From an uncultured Poribacteria bacterium (GTDB lineage: Bacteria; Poribacteria; WGA-4E; WGA-3G): a stretch of 64,000 nt of DNA. Below, in pieces: positions 30,068 to 40,945 of the stretch; the first letter of the stretch is position 1, and each line of letters begins with the position of its first letter. The notes below the pieces were generated by a model that made no database searches, was not told the origin of the DNA, and worked only from the letters and a program-made list of their open reading frames with translations. The translations under genes were made by a program, and so were the position numbers. Location of the stretch: NCBI GenBank assembly GCA_951813565.1, contig OX638351.1:4864001-4928000 (forward strand), given 5' to 3'.

Positions 30068-31879
30068 CTAACGAAGTGAAATTACAGGACAATAAACACC
30101 TTTTTGTTCTCGGTACCACCACGTTCCTTCCTCACGTTTCGTAGCAATGTCGGTAAAATGGTAATTGTAAAGCATTGCGCGGACATAACGTGGTGGTGTA
30201 TCGGGAAACGGATTATCTCTCAACAACTGCAGTACTTCAGGTTTGCCTTGTAGAAGTGCCCCCATAAAATCAAGAAACCATGAGGTATTTCGGTAGTTTC
30301 CTCGAAGGGCAGCAAACCACATCTGCCAGTCTAATCTCGGTTGATGTGGTACAACCCATCCGGGTGCACGGTGCAATTTACCGGGTTTCCATTTAAATTC
30401 GTAAGTTTTCCATGTAATTCTGTCGTTACTGCCTTCAATAATAATTTCAGGACGCGACTCAGTCATATCTGCAAATAGTCCGTAGGTGTTTACACTTCGA
30501 AACGGTCTCATCCATGCAAGTTCTGGTAGTCTCGCTTCTCTAAAAAGTTGTTCCCCAAATCGCATGCTGCTCACGAAGAAAAGAATTATTGCTACAGCCA
30601 CAAAGCAGATTTTACTAATTCTGCGCGGCGTATCTTTGACAACATGTATACTCGACATGAAACGTTTTGGTAGCAGAGATTTCCATGTTATATCGTCAAT
30701 CAAAAGTAAGCAAAGTGCTATAGTCAACAAATTAAAAAAGCAGTAATTTCCTGTTAGCAAAATTAATATTTGGAGACCTATTAACCCTATACACCCTGCA
30801 GTTCGTAAACGACGTGGTGCAAAGATTAAGAAAGGGACTCCTAATTCAATAACAAACATACCGATAACTGAGATTTTGTGAAACCACTCAGGCAATTGAT
30901 GGACATACCACCCTACCCACGTTGGCAATGGCTGCGTTTCATAGTGAAAATTGAGTGCGGTAAGATTACGCCATACCTCATCACTTGCAAGTTTGACAAA
31001 CCCAGAGGCAAACATTAAGCGGAATAGAAGCCAGCGTAATAACCACAAAAACGCAGCGGAAGGTTCGGACGCACGTGAAAATGTATCACGTATTTTGAAC
31101 GGTGCAAAAAAGATCGCCAAAAATCCTGCCTCAAGAAGCAGAACATCCCATTGGAAACTCAGGAAAACTTGCCCAACCGCTACTAAGGATAAATAAAATC
31201 CCCATAAACCGATTAGGCATCCGGTTGGGAAAAAGCCCGCGATTAAGACTAAAGAGAGGACAATACCACCAGCACATATAAGGTGAAGAAAAATATCTGT
31301 AGAATTTAACCAAAAAAGAGTCGGAACAAGGTGATAACCCTTCGCCCCTAATTGTTGATGGACAGCTGCTAAATAGTCGTCTGCTGGTAAAATCCCATTG
31401 CTTCCAACGAGTCCATGAATCTGCACCCACAAAGATAAAAATGCAATTAAGTAGATACACCCAATTCCTCGTAGAAAAACCCAACGTGAAAAAATGAAGG
31501 TTGTTCTTTCAGTGTGCGTTCCCCACAGCCAACGCGTCATCGCAGAGAAGAACGGACGATGCTTTGCAACAAATCGATAAATTGCTTCAGACAAGGGGGC
31601 AAACCCTGGTAGATTGTAGTAACACCAAAGGAGCAAGCGGTTATTTAGGGCACGTAAAACTGCCTCAGTACCAGAAAAAACCTGTTCGTTTTCTAAGATC
31701 AATTGCACTGAAGATTGAAAGGCTGAAAGTGGAATCTCTGGGAATTGTTGAGATACCTCTTGATAGGGAGCATAGTCTATACGATCTTGTGTAACGTGTT
31801 TCCACTGTGCAATCCAGTATCGGCAAAAATCGCAGTCGTTATCGTAGACAAGGAGCGGTTTGCTAACTTGTGATTGCAT
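30068..31879 (-). CDS. Lipase maturation factor family protein with N-terminal DCC1/DUF393 domain
   Basis: YDNDCDFC; FQWDVLLLEAG, HYETQPLP, HQPRLDWQMWFAAL. Confidence 0.92.
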   Translation of the reverse strand: MQSQVSKPLLVYDNDCDFCRYWIAQWKHVTQDRIDYAPYQEVSQQFPEIPLSAFQSSVQLILENEQVFSGTEAVLRALNNRLLLWCYYNLPGFAPLSEAIYRFVAKHRPFFSAMTRWLWGTHTERTTFIFSRWVFLRGIGCIYLIAFLSLWVQIHGLVGSNGILPADDYLAAVHQQLGAKGYHLVPTLFWLNSTDIFLHLICAGGIVLSLVLIAGFFPTGCLIGLWGFYLSLVAVGQVFLSFQWDVLLLEAGFLAIFFAPFKIRDTFSRASEPSAAFLWLLRWLLFRLMFASGFVKLASDEVWRNLTALNFHYETQPLPTWVGWYVHQLPEWFHKISVIGMFVIELGVPFLIFAPRRLRTAGCIGLIGLQILILLTGNYCFFNLLTIALCLLLIDDITWKSLLPKRFMSSIHVVKDTPRRISKICFVAVAIILFFVSSMRFGEQLFREARLPELAWMRPFRSVNTYGLFADMTESRPEIIIEGSNDRITWKTYEFKWKPGKLHRAPGWVVPHQPRLDWQMWFAALRGNYRNTSWFLDFMGALLQGKPEVLQLLRDNPFPDTPPRYVRAMLYNYHFTDIATKREEGTWWYREQKGVYCPVISLR

Positions 31880-31891
31880 CTGAATAGAGGA

Positions 31892-33121
31892 TTAGTTCCA
31901 TGCCCGATGAATTTTGGTGATTGCATCGACCACCTGATCCATATCCGAGTCAGAACCGAGGAGTAGATTTTGGAAAAGCCACACGCTCTGTTCACAAACT
32001 AATTCAGCATTTGGACATGATAATAAACGTATGAGGTAGGGATATTTCTCAGCGACGTGTGCCATGCCCGGTTCCTCCGAAAGCGGAGAACGATAACCGA
32101 TAGAACACGGTATCCCTTCAGCAGATAGGGCGTTGACAAATTCCTGTCGCGATTTTCCTCCAAAACCTTCTGGGTTATACTTCATGCAATAAAGGTGATA
32201 TCCGTGTTTTGTAACCCATGGGGCAAGTTCAGGAGGTGTGATACCGGGTATGGTTTCTAATGCGTTGGAAAGACAGACAGCATTCTTGTTGCGTAGGTCA
32301 GTTTGTGCCTCCAGCAGTTCTAATCTCACCGACAGTATCGCTGCAAGGTATTCAGAAGGACGGTAATTCCATCCAAGTCGAGGATATTCCCATCTTGCAC
32401 CGCCGGGTGCACGGCCAACATTCATAAAGGCACAAACCCTGTCGTGAATATCTTTGTCGTTTGTGGTAACCATACCACCTTCACCCGAAGTAAGATTTTT
32501 GGATGCTTGAAAACTAAATGCACCAACATCGCTAAGACTACCCACTTTTTTTGTCTGGTATTCTGCACCATGTGCCTGCGCACAGTCCTCAATAATTTTG
32601 AGTTGATGACGTTGGGCAATTTCCTGTAACGCCCCCATATCTGCTGGATGACCACCGAGATGAACAGGAAGGATCGCGCGGGTTTCTGGTCGAATTGCAG
32701 CCGCTACCGCTTCGGGATCAATTGTATATGTATTTGGGCAAACATCTACAAATGCTACGGTGCAGTTACGTTCTAAGACTGCACTTGCAGTCGCTACAAA
32801 TGTATAGTTCGGGACGATGACCTCTCCACCATCGCTGAACCCATCAAGATCAAGTGCTCCAGCTAAAGCAGCACTGATAGAATCTGTCCCGTGTGGCATA
32901 AAAAGGGCATAATTTGTCCCAGAATACTGGGCATACTGCTCACAAAAACGCGGGATCATTGTCCCACCGCTACCTTCGTTACCACTCATATAGACATCGT
33001 GAAGTAATGGCTCTATCTTAGATTCCCACTCATCAGATGTCCGTATTGGCCAGGACGGCCACGGGTGGGTTTGTGTATTTCGGACAGGTGTTCCACCAGA
33101 TACTGCTAATTGATTGGACAT
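31892..33121 (-). CDS. DegT/DnrJ/EryC1/StrS aminotransferase
   Basis: TFVATA, EDCAQAHG, FSFQASKNLTSGEGG. Confidence 0.93.
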   Translation of the reverse strand: MSNQLAVSGGTPVRNTQTHPWPSWPIRTSDEWESKIEPLLHDVYMSGNEGSGGTMIPRFCEQYAQYSGTNYALFMPHGTDSISAALAGALDLDGFSDGGEVIVPNYTFVATASAVLERNCTVAFVDVCPNTYTIDPEAVAAAIRPETRAILPVHLGGHPADMGALQEIAQRHQLKIIEDCAQAHGAEYQTKKVGSLSDVGAFSFQASKNLTSGEGGMVTTNDKDIHDRVCAFMNVGRAPGGARWEYPRLGWNYRPSEYLAAILSVRLELLEAQTDLRNKNAVCLSNALETIPGITPPELAPWVTKHGYHLYCMKYNPEGFGGKSRQEFVNALSAEGIPCSIGYRSPLSEEPGMAHVAEKYPYLIRLLSCPNAELVCEQSVWLFQNLLLGSDSDMDQVVDAITKIHRAWN

Positions 33122-33260
33122 GTAAACTCCAATTTTTCGGCTGTATAAAAATGTTTAGTTTCGTGGAAGTATTGAGCGTTAGCAATTAGGAAATGTAAAC
33201 TGCTTTTGCCGATGATATTCCTCACTTGTCTCAGTAGGAATTAGAGATTCCGAATAACAA

Positions 33261-33998
33261 CTATCTGTCGGATGGAATTATGTTTCCCTCTTCATCTAAA
33301 TACACAACTTCCCATCCCTCTGGTTCTATCCCTTTATTCTTTAGGTCAGCTTCCTGTTTCTTAGAAAGTTCTGGGCCTATAACAGATATAATTTCTCCAT
33401 TCTCCGATCTTGTTTTAGTACTTACCTGACGAATCGACAATCCATTTTCCGTTTTCTGTACGTACATCCTTCCCGGAATAGAAGGTAATGCTTTTCCATT
33501 TACCACAAACCAGTCATTAATTCCTGGATAGGTGCGTTTTGCCTCATTGGTAACCTGATGCTTAACGCGATGCTTTTGTAGCATTGAGTCTATGTGTGTA
33601 TCTTTAGCGATTTCGAAATCATCTTCAGAATGAAATTCCTTCATAATGAGATCCACACGTAAATTGAGTAATCTATCATAATCCTTAAATTTTTCTATTG
33701 TGAAACCTTTATTTATGAGCATCTGAATCCACTCTTGGCGTGGGTATTTCGCATCCATACTTTTCAATGTAATCTCAATCCTACGTTTTTCACCGAAAGA
33801 TGTTTCCATACCAGTAGCCCACTTAGCACTTGAAGCGCGGGAAGTGTATCTTTTATCAAACGCTTTCATAAGAGCATCAACGGTTTGAGGACCGGTATAA
33901 CTATCTGTCTCCACATCATAATAAGTTATCCCTTGACATCCGACTATGGTAATTCCGACAATGAACAAAAGTAAAACATTCAAGACAATAGGTTTCAT
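33261..33998 (-). CDS. Hypothetical lipoprotein
   Basis: Lipobox IVGC; RBS AGGAG. Confidence 0.7.
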   Translation of the reverse strand: MKPIVLNVLLLFIVGITIVGCQGITYYDVETDSYTGPQTVDALMKAFDKRYTSRASSAKWATGMETSFGEKRRIEITLKSMDAKYPRQEWIQMLINKGFTIEKFKDYDRLLNLRVDLIMKEFHSEDDFEIAKDTHIDSMLQKHRVKHQVTNEAKRTYPGINDWFVVNGKALPSIPGRMYVQKTENGLSIRQVSTKTRSENGEIISVIGPELSKKQEADLKNKGIEPEGWEVVYLDEEGNIIPSDR

Positions 33999-34167
33999 GA
34001 TTATTCTCCTTGATTGAACAAATCTTTGTAATCTTTTCTTTAAGATAGAAAATTATTCTCTGTTAGATTATATTCTCATGTAATGTTTGATAGGTTTAAT
34101 CGTAAATCGCTATTGTTTAACCCATAGCCTACCCTAATATAGAAAATATTGCAAGAAAAAAGACTAT

Positions 34168-34196
34168 TTGACAATCGCAGAATTAGGGTATACAAT
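34168..34196 (+). promoter_or_regulatory. Sigma70 promoter
   Basis: TTGACA-17-TACAAT. Confidence 0.65.
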
Positions 34197-34255
34197 TAAA
34201 GGGTATAAATGTTTTTATAGCAATAAATTGCTTTTAACAAATAAGGAGTTACAAA

Positions 34256-34819
34256 TTGAAGAATTTTTTGATCATGCTGCTTATGTTAGGATTTGCAGCT
34301 ATTAGCATTACCGGGTGTGAAAAGAAAATGGTGGATTCCATGATGGATGCTGCTAAACCATCAGAGACACCAACAAAGGATAATCCTGAGGCGTATACAG
34401 TTGCCTTAGTACAAGCGGCAATTGATCTCTACAAAACAGAAGGCCTCGATGCAGTTATAGCTTACCACAATGATCCCGCCAATATTGATGGTCAGCGGTA
34501 TGTGTTCATTACAGATGAAAACGATAACTTTCTCGCACACGCGCCAATGCCAGAATTGATTGGTACAGATCTTAAAGATGTCAAATGGCTTGAAGAGGAT
34601 GTTGAACGTCATGATGGATCTACTTTGGGGGCAAAAATAGCCGAGGCAACTGCAACAGGGGCATGGATTGACTACTTATGGCCCAATCCGGTAAGTGGCG
34701 AAAATGAACAGAAACGCACTTGGGCGATTCGACACGGTGGATACCTTTTCGGTTCAGGATATTATGTGCCGATAGAGGACGATTCTGAAGAGCAAGCCTC
34801 AGAAACAGTAGAAAATTAA
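34256..34819 (+). CDS. Lipoprotein with a single Cache-type domain
   Basis: Lipobox ITGC; YVF, AH, GAWIDYLWPNP...K, FGSGYY. Confidence 0.82.
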   Translation: MKNFLIMLLMLGFAAISITGCEKKMVDSMMDAAKPSETPTKDNPEAYTVALVQAAIDLYKTEGLDAVIAYHNDPANIDGQRYVFITDENDNFLAHAPMPELIGTDLKDVKWLEEDVERHDGSTLGAKIAEATATGAWIDYLWPNPVSGENEQKRTWAIRHGGYLFGSGYYVPIEDDSEEQASETVEN

Positions 34820-35037
34820 AATAATACATGGCGAGGAATTTTCCTCGCCATTCCTACAAATTTACCATCCACACAATTGGCGTGTCTACTTTTAATTGTG
34901 AATCGCCACAGTCGTCGGGAATCGGAGTTCCCTCCTACAACACTTAACATTTCTGTAGGAGCGATCCCCGAATCGCGACATTTACCCAAATACGAATGGA
35001 TACAGCACGATTGGGGCATTCTCCAGCACCAATTCAT

Positions 35038-36105
35038 TTACTTTCCACTGATAAGCGTCCGTATCGCATCCACTGCCTTTTCCGTATCTTGGAGTGATGT
35101 GTTTGTATTGCCACTTGATGCAAGTGCTTCGTCAATTTGCTGTGATAGTTCACTGAGTGAACATCGCCTCACAATTGAATTTTGTTCCATATACGCATAG
35201 ACTTTATACCGCTTCGGTTGTCTCCGACTTTTTCGTGAAAGTGTCAGAACGATAACTTTACATCCGCTACTTGCTGCTTCACATACCATTGAAAAACTAT
35301 CTGCTGTAACAATAAGTAGGTCGCTTAGAGCAAGAATAACTTGATACGGGTCATCAAGTTCTGAAGATGCGTTTGGCTCAATGAAGATCGGGCACCAGTC
35401 CGCGGATTTCAGCGTTGATGCTAAATGTGCTGTCACATCTGAAGGTGTTCTACGAGAGGTCGTCACCAAAATCTGCACTTTCATTTTCTTGGTAACTGCC
35501 TTGCATATCTCGCATAGATGCTTAGCGTCTGCTATAGTGATAGTCTCGTGTTTGTCCGTCCCACCGACGAGTATACCGATGCGCGGGCAGGCTGGCAGAT
35601 TGAGTTTTTGCTCCAACGCTGTTCGTTCGGCATTTAGTGTATCTGGAGAAATAGGGTTTGGTACACCGATCGTTTTGCAGGCATTCCCTCTGCCTTTACC
35701 ACTCTCCCACGAAAGCATCGGGAGAATTGCGAGATCAAAATAACGGATACCTATAGGCGAAGGTCTACGACAGGTAACCGTTTTGGCATTAAGGATTTTA
35801 CCGAGGAGTAAATTAACTGCAGCTACAGATGATCCAGTAGAAAGAACTATGTCTACATCTTGGATTTGTAAAACGGAGTTATAGGTGGATGGGGTAAGGC
35901 TTGACCGGAGGAGTGTGTGGATAAACGAAACAGATAATGGAATACCTCCGAAAATACAGATAAAAATTCGTAGCAGATTATCGCGCCATTTAGCACGGAA
36001 TTGTATCTCAAGCCATTCCATTTGGCATTCAGGCATTTTTTGCACAATGCCCAAAGATTGTTTGTAATGCCCTGGTTTAGTGTCACTTAAGATAACAACT
36101 TTCAT
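35038..36105 (-). CDS. ELM1/GtrOC1 family putative glycosyltransferase
   Basis: SDTKPGH, TTSRRTP, VTADSFSMVCEAASSG. Confidence 0.88.
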   Translation of the reverse strand: MKVVILSDTKPGHYKQSLGIVQKMPECQMEWLEIQFRAKWRDNLLRIFICIFGGIPLSVSFIHTLLRSSLTPSTYNSVLQIQDVDIVLSTGSSVAAVNLLLGKILNAKTVTCRRPSPIGIRYFDLAILPMLSWESGKGRGNACKTIGVPNPISPDTLNAERTALEQKLNLPACPRIGILVGGTDKHETITIADAKHLCEICKAVTKKMKVQILVTTSRRTPSDVTAHLASTLKSADWCPIFIEPNASSELDDPYQVILALSDLLIVTADSFSMVCEAASSGCKVIVLTLSRKSRRQPKRYKVYAYMEQNSIVRRCSLSELSQQIDEALASSGNTNTSLQDTEKAVDAIRTLISGK

Positions 36106-36854
36106 TTTAATTTATATTCAATCAACTCTGACACACCGCGTTCATCTTCGATTTTGACAATACCAACATGAGGAACGAACCAAATTGTTTGGTCACGTAC
36201 GGTTGACTCCTCATTAGACAAAACAGTTTGCAAGATTTTTGTATGATATATGACTTGAAATGCGTTCTCAAACCGACCTGCAGGTGTTTCAATAGAACCT
36301 TTGCTAATTACCTCACCTTTGATATTGAAATGCATCTCAAAAGGAAATTGAAGGAGAGTTAGGTTTTGTAACATAATGTTTCCATTTACCTTTATATTGA
36401 AAGCATCCCATTGGGAATTGGAAATTAAAGGTATTTGGAAGAAGAGGAGTTCGGGAAAAGAAGTTGGCTCAATTGACACATTTACGTTCAAGCCTTGAAA
36501 TTCATCCTTTACTGAGGTAAGGAGATCGGTTTGGATATAGCGGTCTATCTTTTCGCCAACATTGAAAAAGATTTGATTTTGACTATCTCGGAAGGATGTC
36601 GGACTTAGGAAATCAAATTCTGTTTCTGCAATTGAAGGATTGTAGGTAAAGGTCAGATAATCTCTGTCTTGAGAGTCGTTTCCATCTGTAATTTCCCGTG
36701 ACCATTTGGATCCGTTAGCGTTTCGATAGACCCATCTGTTTCCAACAGCGTCGGGGAAATAGTTCGGTTCTGTTTCAGCAGGTTCCAGTATTTCATCAGA
36801 ACCGCACGCAAAAAGCAACAAGACACTGCAGAGAGTTAAAAATAATGCTCGCAT
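36102..36854 (-). CDS. Hypothetical lipoprotein
   Basis: Lipobox LFAC; YFP...GNRWVY, TPAGRF, WFVPHVGIVK. Confidence 0.75.
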   Translation of the reverse strand: MRALFLTLCSVLLLFACGSDEILEPAETEPNYFPDAVGNRWVYRNANGSKWSREITDGNDSQDRDYLTFTYNPSIAETEFDFLSPTSFRDSQNQIFFNVGEKIDRYIQTDLLTSVKDEFQGLNVNVSIEPTSFPELLFFQIPLISNSQWDAFNIKVNGNIMLQNLTLLQFPFEMHFNIKGEVISKGSIETPAGRFENAFQVIYHTKILQTVLSNEESTVRDQTIWFVPHVGIVKIEDERGVSELIEYKLK

Positions 36855-36947
36855 TTCATTTGAGATTCTACAGTGTACTTAAAATGTTGTCCAGAAGAAA
36901 ATATAATGAAAGGCGCGAGAAAATCGCGCCTTCTACCTGCTGCATTG

Positions 36948-37417
36948 TTATTCTGCAGACTCTTCATTTAATGCTTTCACAACCATGCTCTCTAACTTTT
37001 CACCTCTTGCACTATTAGAGATTAATTTGCCCTCTTTGTCAATAAGCCACATATTGGGAATAGAATAAATACCATACTGTCGTGAAACAGGACTATCCCA
37101 TCCTTCTCCACTGAAAACTTGACGCCACGGTATGTCATTCTCCTTGAGAAAATCACGGAGGCTCGTTTCGTCATTGTCAAGACTGATTCCGATAATATCA
37201 AACCCTTTGTCCTTATACTTTTCGTAAACTTTCTTGACGTTGGGCATTTCCGCGATGCACGGCCCACACCACACTGCCCAGAAATCCACTAATACGACTT
37301 TCCCACGATATGCCTCAATGGAAATAGGTTTACCGTCAAGATCCGTTGCCGAAAAATCGGGAACCATCTCGCCAAGGAACGCCAACCCCGGTACATACTT
37401 TTTCCGGTATTCCAATG
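36948..37417 (-). pseudogene. 3' part (TlpA/redoxin domain) of the gene interrupted by the IS605-type element
   Basis: VDFWAVWCGPC; joins in frame with 38782-39628 when the element is removed. Confidence 0.88.
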
Positions 37418-38781
37418 GTCATAGGTACCCACTACCTAAAGGTAGGGGCTTGTGCTTCCTTGCGACTGCGGTTTTCTCAGAGAGTTGACCGTCTTATTGT
37501 CGCTCCACTTTAGGCAGCCAAGCCTGCCCGTTTGATATTGATAGCAGCGTTGGTGTCTCTGTCGTGGTGTGACCCACATTCGGGACATGTCCACTGCCTA
37601 TCAGAAAGAGAGAGTTCTTTGTTATGGTATCCACAATCACTACAAGGTTTTGTTGTTGCTATCCATTGAGAGATTCGCACAAGTTTTTTGCCGTGCTTCG
37701 CACACTTCTGTTCCAATATCTGAAGAAACTGGTAGAAAGAATGGTCAGAAACTTTACGTCCCCATAATCGTTTCATACCGTCAAGGTTCAGCGTTTCCAA
37801 AATGAGTGTGTCAAACTCTACACAAAGTTTTGAGGCAAGTTTCCATTGCCAATCTTCTCTTTGTCGTGCCACTTTTCTGTGTTGCCTTGCTAAAGCACGG
37901 CACGCACGATAATAGTTGTTAGAACCTTTGACTTTACGACTGAGTGCTTTGTTGAGAGATCGCAACGTGTTGAGTGATTGTTTGAAAAACTGCGGGGATT
38001 CTATTGTGTCCCCTTCGTCGCTTGTTAGGAATGTTTTGTTTCCGTAATCAAATCCTGCGCTCTTACCTGTCTTGGGTTTGGGTTCGGGATCGTCAACATT
38101 CTCGCACGAAAAGCATATCCAATAGTCACCGCACCTGTCACGTTTGATGGTGATCGTCTTGATGACACCTTTGATTTCACGGTGTTTGTGAAACGAAAAC
38201 CATGTATCTATACAGTTGATTTTGATACGATTATCTTCAAGTTTGTAGCCCGCTTGTGTGAAGGTCATGGAGTTGTATTTGTGTCTCGGTTTGATTTTCG
38301 GTCTACCCACTTTACGCGTTGTTTTACCTGATTTGCGGCTTGCTATATTTTGGAAAAATGCGTCTTGTGATTTACCATAACGTAGGACAACGTCTTGCAC
38401 AACTTGACTCGGCAAGGCTGCCCAATGCGGTTTAGTTGTCTTTTTAAGTTTTGTGACGTGTGCCTTCAGACGATACGCAGACAAATTTTTGCCGAACATG
38501 CGATAATACCTACGTGCCAAACGCATGATATGCACATGGATTTCCCACATATCATCAAGCATATTACCAAGTTTGATTGTGTTAGATTGGTGTTGAAGTT
38601 TGAACTTGTGAGATTTTCTCATTGTCCACTTTGACCTTCAATATAGTCTTTTATCACTTCAAGAGCTACAATATAGTATGATATATTATACCACATTGTG
38701 ATTAGATTGAAAGTATATTTTAAATCAAAACTTTCGCCGTCTACATCCCCTACCTAAAGGCAGGGGGTTTGACGGGGAGTG
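37418..38781 (-). mobile_element. IS200/IS605-family element with tnpB and only the tip of tnpA
   Basis: Subterminal hairpins at both ends; inserted 3' of TTAG with right end ...TGAC and no TSD; TnpA C-terminal remnant VALEVIKDYIEGQSGQ overlaps the tnpB start. Confidence 0.9.
37510..38622 (-). CDS. tnpB: RNA-guided endonuclease TnpB
   Basis: RuvC motifs GFDYG, ILETL, DRDTNAAINI; zinc finger CSDC...CPEC. Confidence 0.95.
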   Translation of the reverse strand: MRKSHKFKLQHQSNTIKLGNMLDDMWEIHVHIMRLARRYYRMFGKNLSAYRLKAHVTKLKKTTKPHWAALPSQVVQDVVLRYGKSQDAFFQNIASRKSGKTTRKVGRPKIKPRHKYNSMTFTQAGYKLEDNRIKINCIDTWFSFHKHREIKGVIKTITIKRDRCGDYWICFSCENVDDPEPKPKTGKSAGFDYGNKTFLTSDEGDTIESPQFFKQSLNTLRSLNKALSRKVKGSNNYYRACRALARQHRKVARQREDWQWKLASKLCVEFDTLILETLNLDGMKRLWGRKVSDHSFYQFLQILEQKCAKHGKKLVRISQWIATTKPCSDCGYHNKELSLSDRQWTCPECGSHHDRDTNAAINIKRAGLAA

Positions 38782-39628
38782 CTAATTCATCATTCCCGCG
38801 TTGTTTGTGAATCTTCTCAAGTCTTTCTAAAACAACGCGGTTTTTTGGCATCTGTTTTTCAAGCTCTTCATATAGTTGAAGTTCTTCATCATGCCGATTC
38901 ATCGCCCTAAGCATATCTCCAACGTACGAATAATGGTATGCGTTGTTAGTATCCATGACCGTTTTGAAACGGTCTATAAGATTTTCAGCCTCTTCCTTTC
39001 GTTCTGCCTTCATATAGAGTTTAAAAAGTGTAAGATATGCGCTAAAGAAACGCCCATTGTCCGGCATTTTCTGCAATCCATCTTCCAACGCATCAATGGC
39101 TGCTTCAACGCTACCATAAATTTTAACCAGTGAATTCTGCCACGAATAGGGTACTTGATACACTTTATTCCCGAAACTCAAGCTTAAGGTGTTTGCAATT
39201 GTTCTTTCATTATGATGTAAACAACGTACAAGTGGTGTGACATCACCGAACAGTATTTGAGATTCCATGGTACTTTTTCGAAACTTTGGAGCTAACTGGT
39301 AATCGTAACTTATTGCATTTTTTGGATCTTTGGTATATGGGTGTATTGCTTCACCATCTTTCTTATCTGCAGGACAAATCAAGATACCTTTATCCACCAT
39401 GTGTTTAGGAAGAAGTTCCGAGAGCCACTCTGGATAATCTCCGTGTTTTTCATGATAGGTTTGAATTGCCCTTCCAATTTCTTGGAGATTATGTGTGCAA
39501 ATTTCAATATTCTTAGCATTCTGTTCTGCAGCGAGATCATTGCTCGCTTTCTTTTTAGATGTCTCTTCTGCATAAACAGAAGTAATCAACAAACTCAACA
39601 CGATTCCTAAGGCTATAATAACTCTCAT
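38782..39628 (-). pseudogene. 5' part (signal peptide, TPR-like region) of the interrupted TlpA-domain gene
   Basis: ATG 39628 with GGAG RBS; the frame runs into the IS left end. Confidence 0.82.
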
Positions 39629-39820
39629 TTGATGTCTCCATAATTTGTGTGAAGAATTTAAACTCATTATAATGAACTTTAGTTTATAACGTGAATTTGA
39701 TAAGAGAAATGGTATTGTGTGATAGTAAAGAACCTTTTGAAATAGTGAAATAACCAAACCTGTTATAAAATAACTTGAGGTCGGTGTAAGAGATATGAAG
39801 TGCTTAATACTTGAATCTTA

Positions 39821-40678
39821 TACCATTTCTATAAAATAACATACCTTTTGCTGATTCGTAGTCGCGCAATTTATTGCCAAATCAACGCAGCATGCGCTTG
39901 TGGCATGCTGCGCCTCGGACATTCTAATTCGAAAGGGAAATTCATTTATAGAATTGGTATTACTCTCATAACCGCACTCTGTAGCACAAACTGTATGAAG
40001 ATTAACTTATTCTTTCGGTAATTTTCTGTCCGCACGAGGCAGGTGTACCCACCTGCTGGCGAGGTTTCCTAACCTCGCTAAATTACCGATTTATTTTTTT
40101 AAACTTCATTTAGTTTGTGTCGTATTTGCGCAAACTGAAAGTTTACGCTACAGTAGTGTAAAGATAATTACAGGTTTTACTATAAATAACCTAATACCAC
40201 ATTAACTTGATTCATATTTATGGAGCAGTTAGGAAAACGTACCTTATGCGTCAATTTAAGGATATACCCTCTTGTGGGAGGGGTTTTCAACCCCGATTTT
40301 CTTCTGTAGGAGCGACCTCCCGGTCGCGAGCTGGAGCTCGTTCCTACAGAATGTCCGAGGCGACAAGTCATGGCGAATACCACGCGTATTCGCCCAAGTG
40401 CGCTTGGCGTTGATTTGGCAATGAATTGCACGACTACAAACGCTTTTTTTCTTAAATTGACAGTTATGGAGCGGTTAGGAAACCGCACCTACCGTCCGGA
40501 AAATGCGATAAATCCCGTTAATTTGGTATAAGTTGCTACGGACAAGATTTCAAGCTTGCAGACATTGCTTTTTACTGAAAAACAAGGATTTCCAGCTAAT
40601 TCTTATGCTTTCTTTTCTAAATCGGGGTTAGAAACCCCTCCTACAAGAGCATTCGCGATATAGGTAGCAACTTGGGTT
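39821..40678. mobile_element. Dense nest of MITEs and REPs
   Basis: 39821-39959 (TTA TSD), 39995-40109, 40195-40528 (TAA TSD) containing 40243-40468 (20-bp TSD), and 40530-40678. Confidence 0.8.
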
Positions 40679-40782
40679 ATAAATACACAGCATCAACACA
40701 AAAAGCACCAGTCTTCACTGATGCTTTTAATAACTTAAATCCTATATTGAACTCTCTTTCTTGTTCTATCTACATCTGATTT

Positions 40783-40945
40783 TTAGGCAAATCCGATATA
40801 ACGAGCAATATAGAAAAAGCGAAATAGCAATCGAGTGGATTCACCTCTTTTCTGTGTCCAGTAACTATCTTTTGAAACGAGATAGAGATGAATTGAAATG
40901 TGATACCATCAGTGATATTGAAGGTGAGTAACATCATCACGTCAC
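40783..40945 (-). pseudogene. Degenerate duplicate of the NCS2 permease 3' end
   Basis: Translates MLLTFNITDGITFQFISISFQKIVTGHRKEVNPL...IARYIGFA*, versus permease MPLSFSITEGIAFGFISISFLKIVTGRHKELNPL...IARYIGFA*. Confidence 0.85.

Noticed and set aside
38777..38785. CIRCE half-site GAGTGCTAA
   Set aside because: A single half-site created at the IS junction inside a coding region.
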